In this document: one piece after another, positions 1-10,150 of the stretch | How positions within the stretch are numbered: position 1 is the first letter of the stretch | Layout: the number at the start of each line of letters is the position of its first letter | Assembly: GCA_963796455.1 (NCBI GenBank) | Contig: CAWCLO010000004.1 | Location: 288,001 to 352,000, forward strand | Length of the DNA stretch: 64,000 nt | From: Candidatus Sulfomarinibacteraceae bacterium | Lineage (GTDB): Bacteria; Acidobacteriota; Thermoanaerobaculia; Thermoanaerobaculales; Sulfomarinibacteraceae | Reading direction: 5' to 3' | Made by a program: the position numbers and the translations under genes | Notes under the pieces: generated by a model | Seen by the model: only the letters and a program-made list of their open reading frames with translations | Database searches by the model: none | Told to the model about the DNA's origin: nothing

Positions 1-1503
1 AAGGCCACGAGTTGGCTCGAACCCTTCGACGGTTTCGGACCGAGCAACTTTCTCGTAGGTCGGCCCGACTTCGATTTCCAGGTCTACAGGCCGTGGATCG
101 ACGAGCATTTTGAACCGCGGCGGTTCTCGACTCTCGATTCAAAAATGGGCAACACCGTCAAGTACGCTATCGGCGCCTTTATCCAGGCCCTCGGCCAGAA
201 TCCCGGCATCGACGGATTGTTGCGGGAACTCGGTGGGAGGGCGCATATTTATGTGGGCACCGCCCTCGGCGATTTTCCTCTCCAGTACGAACACGTCGTG
301 TCCTACTACCACGCCCAACGGAGGTGGAACAGATTCTGGTGTTCAGACGACCAGCACTCAGAGCTCGCCGACTATCGTCGGTCGTCAATGGATCGACAAG
401 AGGAGCTTCGCGCTCAACTGGGAGCACCGGAAGACCCCGGTGAGCTCGACACTCGGAACGAGTGTTTTGACGAAGTGAGTGAGGCCTGGGATGCCTTCTG
501 GATCGATCGTTCGGATGGTTTGCAGACATATCTCGAGAGACTCCGTGAAATCGAGGGCGAAGGCATCATCGGCGATATCGAAAACGGCAAAGGGCGGGTG
601 ATTCGCCACAAGATGGCGACCCGCCGCAAACTCAACGCCGAGTTCGGTTGTCCCACCGAACCGTGGAACGCCGTCGACCCGAATCTTCTGTGGAACATCC
701 CGAATATTCCGGCGTCCCAGATCTCGATGTTGGCTCACATCACTGGTCCGGCGATCGCACCTGTTGCTGCCTGCTCCGGTTTTATCGTTTCGCTCAAGCT
801 GGCAATCGACGCGATTCGGTCCGGCCAGGCGACCGCAGCGGTGATCGGCATGACCGATCCCGAGCCCCACGCCCTCTCGGTCGGCGCATTTTTTGGTGCA
901 AGAGTTCTTTCCCACGACGGTCGGGTGTCGAAACCCTTCACCGGGATGCGGGGCACTCATGTTTCAGGAGGCGCCTGCGTCTGGATCGTCGGTGATGCCG
1001 ATGAATTGATGGCGCGTGGCTACACACCTGTAGGCCTCGAAATTCTCGGTGTCGGATTGTCGTCGGATGCCGATCACATCATTACCCCCTCGCAAGAGGG
1101 TCCACGGATCGCGATCCGCGAGGCGATCGCCGACGCCGGGATCGCGACCGAGGATGTGGCGACATGGGATATGCACGCTACGGCCACTCCCGGAGACTGG
1201 AGCGAACTCCAGAACACCCTTGCGGTCCTGCCGGGATCCATGGCGATGACCGCGCGGAAAGGCTCATTCGGCCACGGTATGTCGGTGAGCGGCGGCTGGG
1301 AACTGACCGCTCAGCACCTCGGTTTTTCGAAAGGCGAACTGCATCCGGTGAACCTGGTGGGCGATGAGGTCCACGATCAGATCCGTCCGTACTACCATCG
1401 TCTCGTACAGGATGAAGCCCAATCGACGACGGGTGATGTTGCGGGCAAGATCAACATGGGTGTCGGCGGGATCAATGCGTGCGCCATTTGCAGGCGCTGG
1501 TAA
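1..1503 (+). CDS. Beta-ketoacyl-ACP synthase (FabF/FabB-like), 5'-partial, with a large internal insertion
   Basis: Frame is open from base 1 (KATSWLEPFDGFGPSNFLVG...). Cys-His-His triad motifs AACSG, DMHATATPGD and KGSFGHG; C-terminal NMGVGGINA. Confidence 0.85.
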   Translation, partial: KATSWLEPFDGFGPSNFLVGRPDFDFQVYRPWIDEHFEPRRFSTLDSKMGNTVKYAIGAFIQALGQNPGIDGLLRELGGRAHIYVGTALGDFPLQYEHVVSYYHAQRRWNRFWCSDDQHSELADYRRSSMDRQEELRAQLGAPEDPGELDTRNECFDEVSEAWDAFWIDRSDGLQTYLERLREIEGEGIIGDIENGKGRVIRHKMATRRKLNAEFGCPTEPWNAVDPNLLWNIPNIPASQISMLAHITGPAIAPVAACSGFIVSLKLAIDAIRSGQATAAVIGMTDPEPHALSVGAFFGARVLSHDGRVSKPFTGMRGTHVSGGACVWIVGDADELMARGYTPVGLEILGVGLSSDADHIITPSQEGPRIAIREAIADAGIATEDVATWDMHATATPGDWSELQNTLAVLPGSMAMTARKGSFGHGMSVSGGWELTAQHLGFSKGELHPVNLVGDEVHDQIRPYYHRLVQDEAQSTTGDVAGKINMGVGGINACAICRRW

Positions 1504-1571
1504 TCGATCCCCCTGCTGCCGGAAACATGTAGGCCGCTCGCGCGTTAGTTGATTTGAAAAGGTGGCCAACA

Positions 1572-2426
1572 ATGTCACAAGAATTCAACCGGTTTTCGGG
1601 CACCGAGAGCTACATCACATCGCCGGAGTTGCGGCATGCGGTCAATGTGGCTGCCGCGATTTCACGGCCGCTGTTGGTCCGGGGCGAACCCGGTACCGGC
1701 AAGACCCTGCTCGCCACTGCCGTCGCTGAGGACCTCGGGCTCGAGCTACTGACCTGGAACGTCAAGTCGACGTCGAAGGCAGCCGATGGGCTTTACGTCT
1801 ACGACACCGTCAAACGGCTGCAGGACAGCCGCTTTGGTGACCGCGATGTGTCCGACATCCGGCAGTACATCGATTTCGGCCCGCTCGGGAGGGCGCTGAC
1901 GAGCGCAGAGCAGGTGGTGCTGTTGATCGATGAAATCGACAAGGCCGACCTCGAATTTCCAAACGATCTGCTGCACGAGTTGGATGTGATGGAGTTCACC
2001 GTCACCGAGACCGGAGACAGCCACCGGGCGATACAACGCCCCATCGTGATCATCACCTCCAACGCAGAAAAAGAACTTCCCGATCCGTTCTTGAGACGCT
2101 GCGTGTTTCATTTCATCGAGTTTCCGGGTGAGGAATTGATGGCTGAAATCGTCCGCGTCCACCACCCGAAGATCGTCGAGTCGCTGCTCGAACAAAGCCT
2201 GGCGAAGTTTTTTTGGTTGCGTCAGGTCAAGGGCCTGCGAAAAAGGCCGTCGACCTCGGAACTCATCGACTGGATCGGAGCCTTGATCGCAGCCGGTGTG
2301 CAGCCGGGGCACATCGCCAAAGAGATTCCCTTTCTCGGGGCCTTGATCAAAAAGGAAGAAGACGTCGAGGCCACGGTCAAGGCCCATGCCGGCGCTTCCG
2401 GTCGCTGGCCCACCGGCGATGCCTGA
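1572..2426 (+). CDS. MoxR-family AAA+ ATPase (CoxD-like)
   Basis: Walker A GEPGTGKT, Walker B LLIDEIDKAD, and LPDPFLRRC. Confidence 0.92.
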   Translation: MSQEFNRFSGTESYITSPELRHAVNVAAAISRPLLVRGEPGTGKTLLATAVAEDLGLELLTWNVKSTSKAADGLYVYDTVKRLQDSRFGDRDVSDIRQYIDFGPLGRALTSAEQVVLLIDEIDKADLEFPNDLLHELDVMEFTVTETGDSHRAIQRPIVIITSNAEKELPDPFLRRCVFHFIEFPGEELMAEIVRVHHPKIVESLLEQSLAKFFWLRQVKGLRKRPSTSELIDWIGALIAAGVQPGHIAKEIPFLGALIKKEEDVEATVKAHAGASGRWPTGDA

Positions 2427-3663
2427 GCCGATCCCTGCCGCCGACCACGACCCAGCGGGGATCTTCCTGTCCTTCTTCTACCGGTTGCGGGCGCACGGGC
2501 TTCGAGTAACTCCTCACCAATGGCTGACCCTGGTCGAGGGTCTCGTCAAAGGTCTCCACGCATCGTCGCTGATGGGTTTCTATTCGCTGGCGCGCGCCAT
2601 TCTGGTCAAGGACGAGTCCGAACTCGATGACTTCGATCAGTGTTTTGCGGCTCATTTCGAAGGCGCAACCATCGAAATCCAGAAAATCGAAGACGAGGTG
2701 TGGCGGTGGCTTGATTCTCCGGTGCCTCCGATGGCGGCGGATTCCGATTGGAACAAGGTCTTCGATGTTGTCGATGTCGATGCCTTGCGAGCTGAACTGG
2801 AACGGAGGCTGGCGGAGCAGACCGAGCGCCATGAGGGTGGAAGCTATTGGGTAGGTACCGGCGGCACCTCCGCCTTCGGCCACTCCGGTGATCACCCGGG
2901 CGGAATCCGTGTCGGGGGCGACCACGGGGCCGGCACGGCGGTGCAGGTCGCCGCTGAACGACGCTTTGCCGAGCATCGGAAGGATCTGGTGCTCGATACG
3001 CGCCAGCTCAGTGTCGCGCTCAAAAAGCTGCGTGCACTGGAGCGAACCGGACCTGCCGACGAGCTCGATCTCGAGGACACGATCGACCGGACGGCGCGCG
3101 AAGGCGGCCTGCTCGAGTTGGTCTTCAAACCGCCCCGTGAAAACAAGCTGTCGGTGCTGTTGGCGATGGATATCGGCGGTTCGATGTGGCCGTTCAAACA
3201 CCTGGTCGACACCCTCTTTTCGGCCGCCCACCAGGCGCGGCACTTCAAGACCTTCGACCACGTCTATTTTCACAACTGCATCTACGAGCGGGTTTACGGC
3301 AACGCCAGGTTCAGCGAAAAGATCCGGCTCCGCGACCTCTTTCGGAAGTACGACCGCGAAACCCGGTTGGTGCTGGTCGGCGATGCCTATATGTACCCGG
3401 GGGAGTTGACCAGTCGTTTCGGCGCGGTGGATTGGACCGAGCGCAATGAACGGCCCGGCGTCGAGTATCTCGGTCTCATTCGCGACCACTTCAAACATTG
3501 TGCGTGGCTCAACCCGATGCAGATGGAGTCGTGGTCTGCACCATCCATACGGTTGATTCGCGAGATTTTTCCGATGTACCCGCTCACCGTCCATGGTGTG
3601 GAGGAGCTGGCAAAAGACCTTGCCGTCGGCGCCTCTGCAACAAAACCTCGATCTCTCGTTTGA
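2419..3663 (+). CDS. VWA-domain protein (CoxE-like MoxR partner)
   Basis: WVGTGGTSAFGHSG, MIDAS-like MDIGGSM, YFHNCIYE, VGDAYM and WLNP motifs; overlaps the MoxR stop. Confidence 0.88.
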   Translation: MPEPIPAADHDPAGIFLSFFYRLRAHGLRVTPHQWLTLVEGLVKGLHASSLMGFYSLARAILVKDESELDDFDQCFAAHFEGATIEIQKIEDEVWRWLDSPVPPMAADSDWNKVFDVVDVDALRAELERRLAEQTERHEGGSYWVGTGGTSAFGHSGDHPGGIRVGGDHGAGTAVQVAAERRFAEHRKDLVLDTRQLSVALKKLRALERTGPADELDLEDTIDRTAREGGLLELVFKPPRENKLSVLLAMDIGGSMWPFKHLVDTLFSAAHQARHFKTFDHVYFHNCIYERVYGNARFSEKIRLRDLFRKYDRETRLVLVGDAYMYPGELTSRFGAVDWTERNERPGVEYLGLIRDHFKHCAWLNPMQMESWSAPSIRLIREIFPMYPLTVHGVEELAKDLAVGASATKPRSLV

Positions 3664-3711
3664 TCAACCGGTCCATTCCCGCTATCATCACGGGGACCTT
3701 CAGCGATCATC

Positions 3712-4428
3712 ATGCGAGTTATGCTTCTGCAGTCTCGTTTTCTTTCGGACCCGATGCTCTTCCACGAGCGCCGGTGTTTTGCGCTTTCCACCGGGCTCGC
3801 GAACGGCGAACTGGTGGCGAGGAACGTCTTTGCCAAGGTTCCGAGAATTGAAGAGGTGGCCTGTCAGGATGCCTTTATCATTGGCGGTTCCGGGGACTTT
3901 TCGGTTGTGGAACGCGACCAGCCGTTTTTTGATCCGTTGATCGATTTGTTACGCGAGGTGGTGGACCGGGGCATCCCGACCTTCGGGTGTTGCTTTGGTT
4001 TCCAGCTTCTGGTGGATGCTCTGGGTGGGACTGTTATTCGCGATCCGGAGAATGCTGAAATCGGCTCGTACGAGGTTGAACTCACCGCAGACGGCCGGCG
4101 GGACGAAATATTCGGGCAACTCCCGGGATCTTTCATCGCCCAGGAAGGCCATTTCGATCGAGCCACCGAGCTTCCGCGGGGAGTGCGAAACCTCGTGACA
4201 AGCGAGCGCTGTCGCCTGCAGGCATTCCATCTCGAGAACAAACCGATCTGGGCCACCCAGTTCCACCCCGAGCTCGACGACCGGGGCAACCGGGACCGGT
4301 GTCTGGCCTATATCAAGGATTTCGGACAGATCGAGAGCTACCAGGCGTTGCCGAGCCCGCACGCGCTTTCGATCCTGCCCCGTTTTGTCGAGTTCGTCAG
4401 AGAACGTGCTTGGATCGCTATCGGATGA
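3712..4428 (+). CDS. Type 1 glutamine amidotransferase (GMP-synthase-like)
   Basis: IIGGSG, nucleophile GCCFGFQ and QFHPE. Confidence 0.88.
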   Translation: MRVMLLQSRFLSDPMLFHERRCFALSTGLANGELVARNVFAKVPRIEEVACQDAFIIGGSGDFSVVERDQPFFDPLIDLLREVVDRGIPTFGCCFGFQLLVDALGGTVIRDPENAEIGSYEVELTADGRRDEIFGQLPGSFIAQEGHFDRATELPRGVRNLVTSERCRLQAFHLENKPIWATQFHPELDDRGNRDRCLAYIKDFGQIESYQALPSPHALSILPRFVEFVRERAWIAIG

Positions 4429-5251
4429 AGGGGTCCGGCGCGAAAGATGAATTCGCGAAGCCTGTCGCCCTTTCGCGTCGGTCGAGCGCGTCCCGTTCCT
4501 CGGGGTTCGGCAGCACGCCGAGGTGGACGAGTTGTTCCCGGTACTCGTAACGCAATCTGAAATGCGCGGCAGATTGTTCTTCGAGATCCAGGCGGACCCT
4601 GCGGACTCGATGGTCGATCTCGCGGCCGATTCCCGTTGCAGCGAGGTCGTCGGCCCGCGATTTGTCGGCTGACTGTGGCGCCGCCTCGGCCGAGGGACGG
4701 GCTCGGCGACCCGCTCTCCCCGGCGGAGCCGGCGCCTTTCCGGATTCCGATTCGAGGATCAGCTCGGGTAAACGTTCACGAAACACCACGGCCTCGATGA
4801 CACCCAGGTTCGCGGTCTGACCGAGCCACTCGCCATAGGATTTCTCCTCGGTGGTGAAGAAAAAACGGCGGGCGGTTCCTGCACTTGTCTGCCAGCCGCT
4901 GATTGTTGTCGATTCGAAAGGACCCAGAACCCATTTGCTCGCCTGCAGAGGGTCAGTGTGTTTTGCATCGATCGAGTTCAGCCCGTCGATAGCGAGTGCG
5001 ACCGCGATCCTCCGGCCGGTCCGGTTGGTCAATCTGACTTCGTATTCACGTCCTTCGTGAGCCTCGATGTAGGCGGTGCCCTTGGCGACATATTCGGTGA
5101 GGGGCTGCCCACCGACGAGGACTTCCATCTGGCAGACCGGGGAGGGCGCCGGGGAGAATTCGTGAGCGGGCACCGAAGAGATTGCTGCGCCCGCGACGAG
5201 CGCGAGAACCGCCACGGTGTAGATATGGAGCAAAGAGTTTTTGGATTTCAT
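4418..5251 (-). CDS. Secreted hypothetical protein
   Basis: Signal peptide after MKSKN; conserved-looking core (IDGLNSID, WVLGP, ISGWQ, RRFFFT, LGVIEAVVFRE). Confidence 0.7.
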   Translation of the reverse strand: MKSKNSLLHIYTVAVLALVAGAAISSVPAHEFSPAPSPVCQMEVLVGGQPLTEYVAKGTAYIEAHEGREYEVRLTNRTGRRIAVALAIDGLNSIDAKHTDPLQASKWVLGPFESTTISGWQTSAGTARRFFFTTEEKSYGEWLGQTANLGVIEAVVFRERLPELILESESGKAPAPPGRAGRRARPSAEAAPQSADKSRADDLAATGIGREIDHRVRRVRLDLEEQSAAHFRLRYEYREQLVHLGVLPNPEERDALDRRERATGFANSSFAPDPFIR

Positions 5252-5414
5252 CGGCTTCTCCTTTGTTGTCGCCCTCGTCAAAAGGGTGAGAGCAGCAATC
5301 GCTCTTCGAGTTCCAGGCAACATGTCAAAGCATTACTTTTTGATTCTTGTTCTCAAAATTATGATAGGGTCTTGAATGTCCAATTCATGAAATCCAGAGT
5401 GGTGGGAGTAGGCC

Positions 5415-6406
5415 ATGCAGCGAGTTCGAGGCAGCTTTTTTTGTCTTCTGAGCCTCATCATCCTTTCGATCGCGGTGCCTGGAATTGCTGAGGAGCCGGA
5501 CGGCGAAGGGGTGGCCAAAGGCGATGACAATCGCGTCCTCATCGATTTCAGGCCCGGGAACTCACACAACACCATCAATCTGAGAAGGCGTGGTGCGGTT
5601 CCGGTTGCGATCTTGTCGACCGATGATTTCGACGCGCTGAGTGTTCAAGAAGATTCGGTGAGGTTTGGAAAGACCGGTTCGGAAGCCCCCTCGATCTGGA
5701 GTATGCAACGCGACGTCAATTGGGATGGTCTTGCTGATCGGGTGCTCTTCTTCAGAATCCGAGCCACGGGCATCAAGTGTTGGGATTCGGTGGTCTATCT
5801 CACAGGGTTGACCGAGGGAGGGGAGTGGGTGATCGGAAGCGATTTCATTTACACAGTTGGGTGCCGACACAAGCCGACTCCACGCCCCACGCGCCACCAC
5901 CCGACTCCAACCTGCACACCACTGCACCCGACTCCAACTCCCACGTGTTCACCGGATCACCCGACACCTACTCCGACCCCGATTCCTCCGACTCCAACTC
6001 CCACGTGTTCACCGGATCACTCGACGCCAACTCCGACCCCGATTCCTCCGACGCCGACAGCTACCGCCACCCCGACTCCGACTCCCATTGGACCGACACC
6101 GACTGCGACGCCGACGGACACTCCGACTCCGATTCCGCCGACGCCGACAGCGACGAACAGACGCCGATTCCACCAACGCCGACTCCGACTGCGACGGATA
6201 CCCCGACGCCGATTCCACCAACGCCGACTCCGACTGCGACGGATACCCCGACTCCGATACCTCCGACGCCGACCCCAACGGACACTCCGACGCCGATACC
6301 GCCGACCCCTACGCCGACGAACACTGAGACTCCGGGTGCGCCGACCCCTACTGCGACCTCAACTCCTTTGCCGACTCTGACACCGACGTCGACTCCGTTT
6401 CAGTGA
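5415..6406 (+). CDS. Secreted protein with an 'IDxxPG..INL...PVAILS...DVNxDG' domain and a long Pro/Thr repeat tail; frameshifted near 6158
   Basis: PT repeats run in the 5415 frame up to about 6157, then continue in the frame that ends at 6406. Confidence 0.7.
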
Positions 6407-6492
6407 GGTGATCAACAGAAACGCGGCCGGTTGTCCGGCCGCGTCATGATTCGAGTAGCAAGGCTCGCGGAGTGTTTTCCGCGCTCCGGGTA

Positions 6493-6810
6493 TCAGCGGG
6501 CGAACAGAAGCAATGCGCCGATCAGCGCGGTCCCCGCGATCGCCAGCGTTCCGATGGCCACGATGGCGGCCACGGTGATGAGGCGGTTGGCGATCTGGCG
6601 TTTTGCCTCGGAGAAGGCTGCTGTCTGTGCCTCGGGGTTGACCGGTGGTGGTGGAGGGGCGGGCAGCCGCTGTTGCCACTTTTTTGCGAGGTCTGCCATC
6701 TCGATATCTTTTTCAAGATGGCTCTCGACAAGAGCTTTCGTATCGGGACTCGCCTCGCCGGCAAGATAAAGGGGCAAAAGATCGAGAATCACGTCACGGG
6801 TTGTTTCCAT
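6493..6810 (-). CDS. Membrane anti-sigma factor
   Basis: METTRDVILDLLPLYLAGEAS...VESHL (zf-HC2-like without the Cys), C-terminal TM helix, directly downstream of an ECF sigma. Confidence 0.8.
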   Translation of the reverse strand: METTRDVILDLLPLYLAGEASPDTKALVESHLEKDIEMADLAKKWQQRLPAPPPPPVNPEAQTAAFSEAKRQIANRLITVAAIVAIGTLAIAGTALIGALLLFAR

Positions 6811-7297
6811 TGGGTACCTCCTGGGTAAGTAGGACCTCGTTGAGGAGCCTCCGGCGGGCGCGGTGGACGATGACCCTGGCCGATCCTTCCGAGATTTCGA
6901 GAACGCGCGCGATCTCGGCATAGGACAGCTCGTGCTCGGATCGTAAGATCACCGCGACCCGATCGCGTTCGGGCATTCGTTTCAATGCCGCACCGACGCG
7001 GTCGAGTTCTTCGCGCCCATTGGCCTGGCGGTGTGAATCGGGTGCCCGATCGGTCAGGTGGTCGCCGAGCTCCTCGTGCTTGTTGGTCCGTTTGTGTTGG
7101 TTGCGGTGGATGTTCCGGGCGATGGCGAAGAGATATGCCTTCAAGGTCTCGGTGCGTAGTCGATCGCGCCGGGCCCAGGCGCGAACGAATGTTTCAGATG
7201 TGATGTCTTCGGCCTGGCTGCGATCCCGGGTCAGCCACACGGTGAAGCGGAAGACATCCGCGAAATAGCTTTGGTACAGGTCCTTGAAGGTCATCAT
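6794..7297 (-). CDS. ECF RNA polymerase sigma-70 factor
   Basis: Region 2 AEDITSETFVRAW...YLFAIARN; region 4 LSYAEIARVLEISEGSARVIVHRAR. Confidence 0.93.
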   Translation of the reverse strand: MMTFKDLYQSYFADVFRFTVWLTRDRSQAEDITSETFVRAWARRDRLRTETLKAYLFAIARNIHRNQHKRTNKHEELGDHLTDRAPDSHRQANGREELDRVGAALKRMPERDRVAVILRSEHELSYAEIARVLEISEGSARVIVHRARRRLLNEVLLTQEVPNGNNP

Positions 7298-7344
7298 CGT
7301 AAAGACTATCGCCGTCGGTCGGATTCGTTACAGACAGTAAATCC

Positions 7345-8403
7345 TCAGGGAAGGGTCCACCTCGAAAAATTTCCCAATTCAAACCCGTCGAGGAGGATCG
7401 GTTGCGACCGTGCACAATCGTAGGTGAGGGTGATCGATTGACCGGTGTCGATGATTTCGAAATCGGTGACATCGAGTGCCTGCAGCGAAAAGCTGTCGAT
7501 CCCCAGGTCCGACCATCTAGCGGTCGTGAAGCGGTCGCTCTGGGCGGTCAGGGCGATGGTCCCACCATCCGAGAGGACGATACCGTAGGTCTGCATCGCC
7601 TTGGCGATGGTGCGTGCCGCTTCGTTGGGCAGGGTTGCGAGCGGATAGTCGGCCCGCAGGCGAAGGCGTGCGCCATAGGGCACGGCGGTTGCCGGTCCGG
7701 AGGGCCCTCCCGCATGGCTGGCTGGACGAACGTAGACACCCGAGCGCATGCGCGTATTCGGCAGGATGAATCGCAGCGCGTGGTTGATCTCGCCGGCCGC
7801 GACCTCGTCCGGCGAGATCAGCAACGGGGCGATCGGGAATCCGGCAGCGTCGGCCGATGTGCACTGTTCACCTCTTCCTTCCGGCGGGTACAACAGATCG
7901 AGGTTCCACACCGCCAGGCAACCGCCCTGGAAATCATTACCGACGATGTCGGCCCGCCACATTTCGTAGAGAGTGGACGTCGGATCGTGAACCACCAGCA
8001 GGTGGCAGTCGCCATCGGATTCGCACTCGTAGCCGGACTCACCCTCCAGGGCCCCTCCGGCAGGAACCGGGACGGGTACCTGGTCGCAGTCGGGTGAGAA
8101 AAAGTCTCCGGTCGGCGTGAAGGCAAGAAACGGAGTCTGTGCGTCGGCACGCAACACCTCGATCGAAAAGTCGATGCGCATTGTGCCGCCGCCCCAGCCG
8201 CCGGCATTGTCGAGCCAGGCGATGACCGTCGCGGAATCGGCGGCGATCGGTGCCGAAGAGATTTCCTGTCGCCACACGGAATCTGCCGGCGTGGATGGGA
8301 TAGGCGATTGCGCGGCCGCCTGCATTGAGGTGGCCATTGCCAGCCCGCACGCGGTCGCGTGAAGTACTTTGCGATGAGATTTCATTGTCGCCCAAGTGTA
8401 CAA
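7345..8403 (-). CDS. Secreted Cys-containing hypothetical protein ending in a DGFELG..SRW tag
   Basis: Signal peptide; GDCHLLV, LYEMW, DAAGFPI, INHALRF and PYGARLRL motifs; ends ILLDGFELGNFSRWTLP. The start may be the second Met (MKSHRK). Confidence 0.75.
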   Translation of the reverse strand: MYTWATMKSHRKVLHATACGLAMATSMQAAAQSPIPSTPADSVWRQEISSAPIAADSATVIAWLDNAGGWGGGTMRIDFSIEVLRADAQTPFLAFTPTGDFFSPDCDQVPVPVPAGGALEGESGYECESDGDCHLLVVHDPTSTLYEMWRADIVGNDFQGGCLAVWNLDLLYPPEGRGEQCTSADAAGFPIAPLLISPDEVAAGEINHALRFILPNTRMRSGVYVRPASHAGGPSGPATAVPYGARLRLRADYPLATLPNEAARTIAKAMQTYGIVLSDGGTIALTAQSDRFTTARWSDLGIDSFSLQALDVTDFEIIDTGQSITLTYDCARSQPILLDGFELGNFSRWTLP

Positions 8404-8444
8404 GAAACAACGGTTTGCGGTGGCGATCGGTGTTCTCTGCGGTT

Positions 8445-10019
8445 TCAGGTCACGGCATTGCGGTCGCGGTTCAGGTCTTTGAGGGCGTCGATCGGACGGC
8501 GATCGGGCGCCATCGGTTTGATCGCTCTCTTGAGAAAGCTTTCGGCCTCATTGAACTTGCCGACATACCTGAGGATCTCACCGCTGAAGTACAGGGCGAG
8601 CCCGTTTTTTGGATCGATGCGCAGCACCTCGCGAAGCTCTTCGAGGGCCGACTGGGTGTGAGCCGATTGGTTCGTGACAAAACGGCAAAACGCACGTTCG
8701 GATGAGTACCGCAGATTCTGTGGATCGAGGTCGGCCGCAAAATCCAGTTGTTCGAGAGCCTTTTCGTGTTTTCCGGCCGCCACCAATTCCATTCCCTTTT
8801 CGAATTGCACGACGGGGTCCAGAAGATCGGACTGGATTTTGAAATCATTCGCTGCCTTCGATGCCTGTTCTCGCGCTTCGCGTTCGCGTCGGTGGTCCAG
8901 GAGAAGGGCGCGGCTCTTGGGATCCCAGATTTCGGCGAAGGCGCGGGCGCCGGCAAGAAAAATGTCGCGCGCTTTGTCCGAAAGCGATTCGGAAAATTTC
9001 CACGGGGCGAACATCTCCGCAAAACGGAGATAGCTGTCGCGAAAATGGTCGAGCGATCCATCGGGATCGGCACCGAGAAGCTCGAACGGATCTTTGCGGC
9101 GGTGGTTGAGGGCAAGCTCCATCAGATCGCGGCGAGATTCGTCGCTCAACGGTCGTGCAGACTCTCGCTGGGGCGGCGGTGCGGGCTCTGCCATGCGCCG
9201 GATCGGAACCGTTGCGGCCTTCGGAGCCTGGTTCTCGACCTGATCAGCGGGCACCACGACCTCGATCACGGTCAGGGCGTAGAGCGTACGGGTCAGATCT
9301 TCGTAACGAATTCCCTCGATGGCGGCAAGCTCATCGATTCGAACCGGTCCGGACCTCAGGTATTCGATAATGGGTTTGAGTTTCTTCGGAACTTTGAGTT
9401 CGTCGATCGGGCAGACCGGTTCGGGGTTGTAGGTCAATTGTGTGCCGATGAGAGGTCCGATGGAACCGTCGATCTGATCCTGGGTGGCAAACTTGCTGAC
9501 CCCGATAAAAACGAGTTGGGGCACGTTGACCCTGAGTGGGGAATCGGCCACATGGATCCGCGGGTCGATGCGCCAGGTCCCGGTGTGCCACGAAAAGACG
9601 TCGAGCAGTTTGCTGGCCAGATTCTGCTGCAGGATTTTGAGAAGCTCTTCAGGGTCGATCAGATCTTTCTCGATCAGCACGTCGCCGAAGCGGAGAGATC
9701 GGGTGACCGACTCGCGATAACAGGCGTCGGCGGTGGATGCGTCCAGTCGTCCGGTCGAAACGATGAAGCGGCTGAGAGTTTCGTGGACGAGATTTGAGCG
9801 GCAATCCACCGGGTGTCCGTCCTCGAAGAGAATCTCTTTCTGCAGCGAACCACGTTGCAATTCGAGCAACGCACTGCGCCGGGCTTTGGCAAGCCCGAAG
9901 AGGACGACACCAAAGGGAGCCTCCTCGAGATCTCCCTCATTGAGGCGTCCCACACGATCGAGTTCATCTCGGATCAACGTCATTGGACCCCGGTTGTGTT
10001 TTCGAGTGCCGTTCGGCAC
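8445..10019 (-). CDS. DUF4388-like / J-domain-like / TPR protein
   Basis: N-terminal GDLEE.PF...L.L....K.I.FEDG.P, 'RFGDVLIE' and 'FSW..G.W'; J-like DPFELLG; C-terminal TPRs. Start uncertain. Confidence 0.75.
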   Translation of the reverse strand: MPNGTRKHNRGPMTLIRDELDRVGRLNEGDLEEAPFGVVLFGLAKARRSALLELQRGSLQKEILFEDGHPVDCRSNLVHETLSRFIVSTGRLDASTADACYRESVTRSLRFGDVLIEKDLIDPEELLKILQQNLASKLLDVFSWHTGTWRIDPRIHVADSPLRVNVPQLVFIGVSKFATQDQIDGSIGPLIGTQLTYNPEPVCPIDELKVPKKLKPIIEYLRSGPVRIDELAAIEGIRYEDLTRTLYALTVIEVVVPADQVENQAPKAATVPIRRMAEPAPPPQRESARPLSDESRRDLMELALNHRRKDPFELLGADPDGSLDHFRDSYLRFAEMFAPWKFSESLSDKARDIFLAGARAFAEIWDPKSRALLLDHRREREAREQASKAANDFKIQSDLLDPVVQFEKGMELVAAGKHEKALEQLDFAADLDPQNLRYSSERAFCRFVTNQSAHTQSALEELREVLRIDPKNGLALYFSGEILRYVGKFNEAESFLKRAIKPMAPDRRPIDALKDLNRDRNAVT

Positions 10020-10150
10020 CCACCTTTATATTTTACGGCAATTGTCCAGTCGAAATTGAGATTGACGCCGTTCGAGCACTGCGAGACTGAGTGCGGTTAC
10101 AATGTCGGCGGCCTCAATACTGAAAATTTTGACATGCATGGAGGGAAGAG

